Shown piece by piece: positions 55,864 to 64,000 of a stretch of DNA of 64,000 bases; positions within the stretch are counted from its first letter, which is position 1, and every line of letters starts with the position of its first letter. The position numbers were made by a program, and so were the translations under genes. Origin of the DNA: Escherichia coli (GTDB lineage: Bacteria > Pseudomonadota > Gammaproteobacteria > Enterobacterales > Enterobacteriaceae). The notes under the pieces are model-generated. The model was given only the letters and a program-made list of their open reading frames with translations. It ran no database searches and was not told the origin of the DNA. The stretch is from assembly GCF_001677475.2 (NCBI RefSeq), contig NZ_CP015229.1; one strand, given 5' to 3'.

Positions 55864-55891
55864 ATTGCTCTAATAAATTTATTAGTGTAAT
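55864..55891. promoter_or_regulatory. overlapping inverted C1 operator pair (Op72a/b-like) on the ban-operon promoter
   Basis: ATTGCTCTAATAAATTT 17/17 (55864-55880) and, on the minus strand, ATTACACTAATAAATTT 15/17 (55875-55891); -35 TTGCTC (55866), 17 bp, -10 TAATAT (55889). Confidence 0.85.
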
Positions 55892-55894
55892 ATC

Positions 55895-56080
55895 GCCTCA
55901 ATGAATCGTGATTTATAGAGCGATTTAGCTGTTAGCCGCGACAGGCGCGGCGGTAAGCATGGCTGGGCCTAGTCCTCCCAGACAAACCACCGAGTTGCCA
56001 GGTTGACCATGCGCCTAAGTGGCAACGCCGAAGTGCGTTACGAGCTTCCAGTTTGCCCATCTTCGGGTGGGCGTTTTTTT
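55895..56080 (+). ncRNA. structured leader/sRNA ending in an intrinsic terminator
   Basis: Hairpins 55935-55951, 55963-55981, 55994-56026, then GCCCAT-CTTCGG-GTGGGC + T7 (56055-56080); no credible ORF. Confidence 0.55.
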
Positions 56081-56261
56081 CAGGGTTTTCGTCATAGTTA
56101 GCGACTTTGCGGCGGTTTAGAAACTGACCATTAAAGTAAATGCAAACGATGATCTGATGATGGTAGCGGCCTAAGAAGCCAGATGCCACGGGGTATGAGT
56201 CGTCCCCCGTCAAAAAATCGACCGCAGAGTGTCCCCGTCTGTGTATTAGGGAACGGGGAGG

Positions 56262-56342
56262 CACAACAGGTAAGGGCGCTGGTGTGATTAACCAGATGAA
56301 CGAGAAGGGGCCATCTGTTGGTCAGCGTCCTTTCCTGTTGCG
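56262..56342 (+). ncRNA. structured repeat module A (long terminal helix)
   Basis: CACAACAGGTAAGGGCGCT...AGCGTCCTTTCCTGTTGCG closing helix; internal hairpins TGGT-gtgatta-ACCA and CAGATG...CATCTG. Confidence 0.5.
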
Positions 56343-56545
56343 TTTTCTTTTCAGCGTAACAGCGGTGCTTAACAGCACTTTGGGTACAGTTCCACGAATT
56401 TACGGGTATATCCCGTCATGCTGAAGGCGCTAATCACGCTGGAAGCCAGGGTTGTGCATCCCCTGTTACCGAATTGCAGCCAGGGCGCGGTGCGCCGAAA
56501 AGCATACGGAGGTGGAAGCCCTCGCCGGAGACGTACCCGGCAAGT

Positions 56546-56621
56546 GATGGTGTAGCTCAGCGGTTAGAGCGGTTGACTGTTAATCAACGGGTCGATGGTT
56601 CAAATCCATCCACCATCGCCA
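56546..56621 (+). tRNA. trnA: tRNA-Asn (GTT)
   Basis: Manual cloverleaf: acceptor GATGGTG/CACCATC, D arm GCTC/GAGC, anticodon arm GTTGA-CTGTTAA-TCAAC, T arm GATGG-TTCAAAT-CCATC, encoded CCA. Confidence 0.9.
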
Positions 56622-56623
56622 AT

Positions 56624-56699
56624 GCCGGTTTAGCTCAGTTGGTAGAGCGCCTGCCTTGTAAGCAGGATGTCAGCGGTTCGAGTCCGTTAATCGGCACCA
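56624..56699 (+). tRNA. trnT: tRNA-Thr (TGT)
   Basis: Acceptor GCCGGTT/AATCGGC, anticodon arm CCTGC-CTTGTAA-GCAGG, T arm AGCGG-TTCGAGT-CCGTT, encoded CCA. Confidence 0.9.
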
Positions 56700-56700
56700 G

Positions 56701-56810
56701 CACAACAGGTAAGGGTATTTTGCGACGTCGGAGATCGCCGAGCTTGGCAGAGGGTTCGAATCCCTACGAAGTACCCTTACCGTTGTGATGAATGCGCAGG
56801 CTGATGCGCG
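56701..56810 (+). ncRNA. structured repeat module B (terminal helix with bulged A + perfect T-arm + trailing hairpin)
   Basis: CACAAC(A)GGTAAGGGTA...TACCCTTACCGTTGTG; internal AGGG-TTCGAAT-CCCT; trailing GCGCA-ggctga-TGCGC; starts 2 nt after tRNA-Thr. Confidence 0.55.
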
Positions 56811-56915
56811 AAAGACATTGCAGCTATTGCGGAAAAGAGCTGTTCGGCGGGGCAATTAAACGCCCGTGAGAGTCTGAAATAACCGCAAGCCGGAGATCAG
56901 CACCGGTCATCACAA

Positions 56916-56983
56916 CACAACAGGTAAGGGCATTCTCCCTTATGGGGCTTGGCTTAAATGCATCGAGTGCTCTTACCGTTGTG
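56916..56983 (+). ncRNA. structured repeat module C
   Basis: CACAAC(A)GGTAAGGGCATTC...GAGTGCTCTTACCGTTGTG closing helix with the same bulged A. Confidence 0.5.
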
Positions 56984-57119
56984 ATGAAGTGCAGCTCTTT
57001 GAAGCAACCAGAAGATAAGCATCTGGCTTCACAACATAAACCGCAGGAACGACCAATAAACGGTAGTCCGTATGGAGAACACCCCGTTGAGGAAGAGGCC
57101 TGGCCGGAACCGTAACCGG

Positions 57120-57240
57120 CACTACAACGTTGAGAACACTGGCGTAACGGGGTCATATCCCAATCTACGAATAAATGTTGCGTTGCAGCGTGACAACCAG
57201 TGTTCTCAACATTGTGGTGAATGCACAGGCTGATGTGCCG
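57120..57240 (+). ncRNA. structured repeat module D
   Basis: ACAACGTTGAGAACACTGG...CCAGTGTTCTCAACATTGTGG helix; internal GGG-TCATAT-CCC AATCTAC; trailing GCACA-ggctga-TGTGC (compensatory relative to B). Confidence 0.5.
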
Positions 57241-57396
57241 CAACTACAGTAGTGCGCGCTTTGCGGGGCTTGCTACAACCCTGTGTCGGAGTTCAGCACC
57301 GACCATCACAGTTTGATTCTCTGGCATGAGCATAACGCTGAAATAAGTCCAGTCTGGTGCGGCCCGATCACCCGCCGTTAGCTCCACGAAACGGAG

Positions 57397-57496
57397 CACG
57401 TAACAGGTAAGAGCATTCTCCTGTAACGGGTTCATATCCCAATCTACAGGTCCACCAGGAATGCTCTTTCCGTTGCGGTGAATGCGGCTAAGCGCA
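57397..57496 (+). ncRNA. structured repeat module E
   Basis: CACGTAAC(A)GGTAAGAGCATTC...GAATGCTCTTTCCGTTGCGGTG helix; internal CCTGTA-ac GGG-TTCATAT-CCC aatc-TACAGG; trailing TGCG-gctaag-CGCA. Confidence 0.5.
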
Positions 57497-57626
57497 CGCG
57501 GGGAAATGGTTATATCTGTCCATTATTTCTCCTTATTTCCCCGTCCACGGTGGATAACCAGCCAAAGGACACCGGGAGGCACCCGGCACCGCAACCTTAT
57601 TTCCCAACCAGTAATGAGGTTAATAA

Positions 57627-58052
57627 ATGCTCGGTATTCTCAAAAAGAAATTCCGCAAAGCGGCTGGCGGAGTCAAGAAGATGGAAAACCGTGATGCGGT
57701 GGAAGCGACTGTCTGGGGCGCATATTCCATTGCATACTCTGACGGCACCTGCGATGCGAAAGAAATTGCAGTATTGGAAAAAACCATTGCAGCACTTCCT
57801 GCCTTTGCGCCGTTCTCCGGTGAAATTGCCCAGATGAGCGCCAATATTCGCGCTCAATATGAAGCCTCGCCGCGCCGAGCGAATGCCCAGGCTTTACGTG
57901 AACTGGCTGACGTGTCTGGAACTAATGATGCGGTAGATGTTCTGTGCCTATGCATTGATATTGCTGACCAGGATGGCATTGGGGCAGAAGAGCAGGAGCA
58001 ATTGAAGAAAATTGCCCAGGCTCTTCAATTGCCACTGGAACAGTATATCTGA
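57627..58052 (+). CDS. tciA: TerB-domain protein TciA
   Basis: 141 aa; TerB-like features (AY.IA.SDG..D..E...L...I; DGI...E...L..IA..L). Confidence 0.7.
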   Translation: MLGILKKKFRKAAGGVKKMENRDAVEATVWGAYSIAYSDGTCDAKEIAVLEKTIAALPAFAPFSGEIAQMSANIRAQYEASPRRANAQALRELADVSGTNDAVDVLCLCIDIADQDGIGAEEQEQLKKIAQALQLPLEQYI

Positions 58053-58216
58053 TGGTTATAAAAGCACGTCTAATTCTGGCTTTGGTTTTTCTCGTGCTAT
58101 CTGTGCTGGTGGATTTCACCAGCACAATCCTGTCGGTTTTATCCGACGGGGCGTTGGTAGCAGTAGCTGTAACATTGGTATGGCCGATATTTAAACCAGC
58201 CTCGAAGGATCAGTGA
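58052..58216 (+). CDS. small 2-TM membrane protein (tciB slot; below the ORF-track cutoff)
   Basis: Hand translation: MVIKARLILALVFLVLSVLVDFTSTILSVLSDGALVAVAVTLVWPIFKPASKDQ; start overlaps the tciA stop. Confidence 0.5.
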   Translation: MVIKARLILALVFLVLSVLVDFTSTILSVLSDGALVAVAVTLVWPIFKPASKDQ

Positions 58217-58323
58217 TGAGCTTCTGGGATTTTGCAGATAAGTATCCAATTGTTCTCATTATCATTGTTGCCATAGTTGTAGGCGGTATTGTTAGCGCCA
58301 TTGAAGCACTTAGGAAACAGTAA
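58216..58323 (+). CDS. small 1-TM membrane protein (tciC slot; below the ORF-track cutoff)
   Basis: Hand translation: MSFWDFADKYPIVLIIIVAIVVGGIVSAIEALRKQ; TGATG overlap with the previous ORF. Confidence 0.5.
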   Translation: MSFWDFADKYPIVLIIIVAIVVGGIVSAIEALRKQ

Positions 58324-58326
58324 TCC

Positions 58327-58402
58327 GGCCCTTTAGCTCAGTGGTTAGAGCTGGCGACTCATAATCGCACGGTCACCGGTTCAAGTCCGGTAGGGGCCAC
58401 CA
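58327..58402 (+). tRNA. trnI: tRNA with CAT anticodon, Ile2 (lysidine) type
   Basis: Cloverleaf with acceptor GGCCCTT/AGGGGCC, loop CTCATAA, T arm ACCGG-TTCAAGT-CCGGT, CCA; closely resembles E. coli ileX as I recall it. Confidence 0.85.
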
Positions 58403-58687
58403 TATTTGGTTGTAACACGGCGTCTGGCACATGCGTCGTTAGCGGTCTGGTAACGTTAAAGGGGTTACCTTTTCCCCTAGCTCAGGCAACAAACCAGGTA
58501 GCCGAAATGTGCAAGTCACCGTTGGAGGGATAGCGGATACAGGGACTCACCATCCTGGCGATTCGGTGTGACAGCCGGGAAGAGTCCGGCGCATTAATCC
58601 TGATTTTCTGGTGATGACTCATATCGTTAGGAGTGATTTGAGTATGCCGATTATATCTGACATTCAGCACGCCTGGGTGGAGTGCTA

Positions 58688-60052
58688 ATGTCTGCATCCC
58701 CTCTTGAATCCATGCCAAATTCCCTTAGTGCAGAACAAGCTGTACTTGGTGGCTTAATGCTTGATAACTGCCGCTGGGATGAAGTTGCAGATCGTATAGT
58801 TGCTGATGATTTTTATACCAGTGCTCATCGTGAAATTTTCAGTGAGATGGAGAGGTTATTAAGTCATGGCAAACCGATTGATTTGATAACACTTGCTGAA
58901 GCACTTGAACAGAACGGTAAATTAGAACGCGCCGGTGGTTTTGCGTACCTTGCGGAGATGTCAAAGAACACGCCCAGCGCGGCAAATATTTGTGCTTATG
59001 CGGATATCGTTCGTGAACGCGCGGTTGTTCGTGAAATGATTTCCGTCGCAAATGAAATAGCTGAAGCTGGATATGCGCAGGATGGCAGGGGCAGCAATGA
59101 ATTGCTGGATATGGCCGAGCGCCGCGTTTTTGAAATAGCTGAAAAACGACAAAAGAGCGGTAGTGGTCCAAAAGATATCGCCAGCATTCTCGATGCAACG
59201 GTATCTCGCATAGAAGAGTTGTTTCAGCGACCGCATGATGGTGTAACGGGGCTTGATACCGGATTTACCGATCTCAATAAGAAGACGGCAGGACTTCAGG
59301 CGTCCGATCTCATTATTGTCGCCGCCCGCCCATCGATGGGGAAGACTACGTTTGCGATGAATCTCGTCGAAAATGCCGCAGTCCGTAACGATAAGCCCGT
59401 ATTGGTTTTTAGCCTTGAGATGCCGAGCCACCAGCTGATGATGCGCTCACTGGCTTCTCTTGCACGCGTTGATCAGACTCGTATTCGAACAGGGCAACTT
59501 AACGACGAGGATTGGGCGCGGGTTTCTGGCGCAATGGGGATTCTGTTGGACAAGCAGAATATTTTTATTGATGACTCAAGCGCCCTGACACCTACAGAGC
59601 TTCGTTCCCGCGCTCGTCGTGTTTATAAAGAAAATGGTGGTTTGAGCATGATTATGATCGACTACCTGCAACTTATGCGCGTCCCCGAGCTGCAAGATAA
59701 CCGAACGCTGGAAATTGCCGAGATTTCTCGCTCACTGAAGGCTTTGGCGAAGGAATTACAAGTACCGGTGGTGGCATTGTCACAACTTAATCGATCGCTT
59801 GAACAGCGTGCGGACAAACGACCGGTAAATTCAGATTTACGTGAATCAGGAGCAATTGAGCAGGACGCAGACCTGATCATGTTTCTGTATCGTGACGAAG
59901 TTTATCACCCGGATAGCGAAATGAAGGGCATTGCCGAGGTAATTATCGGTAAGCAACGAAATGGCCCAATTGGCACGGTGAGATTGGCTTTTAACGGCCA
60001 ATACTCACGGTTTGATAACTATGCCGGTGCTGACTGGCAAGAGGATTATTAA
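58688..60052 (+). CDS. ban: Ban, DnaB-family replicative helicase
   Basis: About 454 aa from ATG 58688; DnaB N-terminal domain (AEQAVLGGLMLDN), Walker A ARPSMGKT, Walker B MIMIDYLQL. Confidence 0.93.
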   Translation: MSASPLESMPNSLSAEQAVLGGLMLDNCRWDEVADRIVADDFYTSAHREIFSEMERLLSHGKPIDLITLAEALEQNGKLERAGGFAYLAEMSKNTPSAANICAYADIVRERAVVREMISVANEIAEAGYAQDGRGSNELLDMAERRVFEIAEKRQKSGSGPKDIASILDATVSRIEELFQRPHDGVTGLDTGFTDLNKKTAGLQASDLIIVAARPSMGKTTFAMNLVENAAVRNDKPVLVFSLEMPSHQLMMRSLASLARVDQTRIRTGQLNDEDWARVSGAMGILLDKQNIFIDDSSALTPTELRSRARRVYKENGGLSMIMIDYLQLMRVPELQDNRTLEIAEISRSLKALAKELQVPVVALSQLNRSLEQRADKRPVNSDLRESGAIEQDADLIMFLYRDEVYHPDSEMKGIAEVIIGKQRNGPIGTVRLAFNGQYSRFDNYAGADWQEDY

Positions 60053-61050
60053 TGCAATGGAATGAGGAAAAGCCGATGAACATCCTGATCATTGGGCGAA
60101 AATTTGAAGCTATCAGTGATGTGAAAACATATACGGAAATGTGGGCTTATAACCTGGCCTGCGCCTTTAGTGAGGCAGGGGTAACATTGCAATACCATCG
60201 TCCATATTCCCCCAGCGTCGAAAGCCCGGAGGATTATGTTGAAGCTGTGTTGACCGCTGCGACCTCGTGTTCTGCGAAAGCCATTTTAGCGCCAGGATTG
60301 CGGTATTTTACTACGGTGCCCAGGGAAATAGGCGTGCAACTGCGTCGTCGATTCACTGGATGGGTAGCCCAGGTATACGACGGTTCTATGCTGGATTCGG
60401 CACCAGTCGATATTACTTTTACTGTCCGCGATGATACCTGGCGGTACCTGGATAATCCCGGCAGGTTAGAGCGTCATAATCGCTTTAACAAACATGTTGG
60501 ATGGGCAGCGAATCAGGATCTGTTCCATCTGGAAACCAAAACAGACGATGTTCTGCGTATTTTTGTAGACCACGCTGCATTTGATGTTAGTGGTTTTGAT
60601 CACTCCTTAAGTATCCTTATGAACCTTCAGCGTCTGACCGTTCCGTATGAGGCCAGAACGTTGACTGATGACGGATTGGTTACCATTGATCCGGGGAATA
60701 TTTCGGTAATTCCATACAGACGGACGCCGGTGCCAGCAACCGAATTTGCAGCTGAATTGCGTAAGAGTGACGTTTTTATCGTTACGCATCCCGAAAGCCT
60801 TGGATTAACTGTTCTTGAGGCGGCAATGTGCGGGGCGTTGGTATTAACGCCTCCCGATTGCCTTCCGCCAGATCGCCTGGCTTTGGTGAACCATATGGTT
60901 ATCAAGTCGCGGATTGATTGGGATGAGGTTATTGCTCGCGTTGATCGCGTGAAAAATGCTGAAAAGGTCCAGTGTCACACCTGGTCGGCAATTGCGGAAA
61001 AGATGCTTGAGACGTTTATCACGCAGAAACCGTCGTGCGGTAACGGATAA
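60052..61050 (+). CDS. protein downstream of ban (dbn slot), C-terminal half glycosyltransferase-like
   Basis: 332 aa; ...DVFIVTHPESLGLTVLEAAMCGALVLTP resembles the GT-B family E-x7-E region. Confidence 0.45.
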   Translation: MQWNEEKPMNILIIGRKFEAISDVKTYTEMWAYNLACAFSEAGVTLQYHRPYSPSVESPEDYVEAVLTAATSCSAKAILAPGLRYFTTVPREIGVQLRRRFTGWVAQVYDGSMLDSAPVDITFTVRDDTWRYLDNPGRLERHNRFNKHVGWAANQDLFHLETKTDDVLRIFVDHAAFDVSGFDHSLSILMNLQRLTVPYEARTLTDDGLVTIDPGNISVIPYRRTPVPATEFAAELRKSDVFIVTHPESLGLTVLEAAMCGALVLTPPDCLPPDRLALVNHMVIKSRIDWDEVIARVDRVKNAEKVQCHTWSAIAEKMLETFITQKPSCGNG

Positions 61051-61071
61051 AAATTGAACCCATTATAAAAG

Positions 61072-61094
61072 AAAAGCCCGATCGCCGGGCTTTT
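61072..61094. terminator. bidirectional terminator between convergent operons
   Basis: AAAAGCCCG-ATC-GCCGGGCTTTT. Confidence 0.75.
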
Positions 61095-61095
61095 C

Positions 61096-63999
<2,904 letters not shown>

Positions 64000-64000
64000 A

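Noticed and set aside
55932-56264. 110-aa minus-strand ORF downstream of dmt
   Set aside because: - It overlaps the structured, terminated + strand leader.
- Its composition is Arg/His/Gly-rich.
- It has no RBS.
56701-56790. Possible fourth canonical tRNA, because of the perfect T-arm AGGGTTCGAATCCCT
   Set aside because: - I could not build a cloverleaf.
- The terminal helix is 16 bp with a bulge.
- There is no D-arm, no 5-bp/7-nt anticodon arm and no CCA.
- I kept it as a tRNA-like module instead.
56824-57435. Minus-strand ORFs of 139 aa and 63 aa, possibly what P1 annotation calls plp/upl
   Set aside because: - Their composition is Cys/Arg-rich and junk-like, with no RBS.
- The shared ENALTC peptide merely reflects the DNA repeat.
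- That repeat appears in other frames elsewhere.
- RNA-structure covariation explains the conservation better than a protein frame does.

Overview
Two temperate-phage genomes abut in this window. All gene names come from reading the translations and from my memory of the Mu and P1 maps; no searches were run.

**Bases 1 to about 31.94 kb: Mu-like transposable prophage (right-hand ~32 kb), essentially all on the + strand.**
- It runs from the 3' end of transposase A through B, accessory early genes, gam, gemA and mor.
- A GH108-type lysis block follows, then terminase, portal, head, contractile tail and baseplate genes.
- It ends with two tandem tail-fibre/chaperone modules, com-mom and right-end transposase-site repeats.

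**About 31.94 kb to 64 kb: P1/P7-like phage-plasmid.**
- It opens with an AT-rich envelope-protein cassette, then immI (Op51-like operator, c4 RNA, icd, ant) and kilA-repL.
- A DUF3800 two-gene cassette sits in the rlfA/rlfB slot.
- Late genes follow (tube-like protein, sheath, major head protein).
- The plasmid maintenance block is parS-parB-parA, incA (9 iterons), repA, incC (5 iterons) and oriR.
- Next come a PAAR-like and spanin-like operon, an RdgC homolog and the Dcm-Dam fusion methylase dmt.
- The C1-controlled ban operon carries three tRNAs, tciABC and a DnaB-like helicase; baseplate genes close the window.
- The Mu-like right end appears to sit inside a small P1 ORF, so this looks like a prophage nested in a plasmid-prophage.

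**Most interesting observations:**
1. A canonical LAGLIDADG intein is inserted exactly at the catalytic P-C-Q motif of the cytosine-methylase half of dmt.
2. About 1.6 kb of the ban operon holds no credible ORF. It carries five tandem tRNA-like/Y-RNA-like structured modules with covariation, preceded by a terminated leader RNA.
3. Two AT-rich accessory cassettes of unknown function may be defence or exclusion modules: the DUF3800 pair, and a membrane + secreted + TM-SH3 triad.
4. Several recoding or frameshift sites are present.
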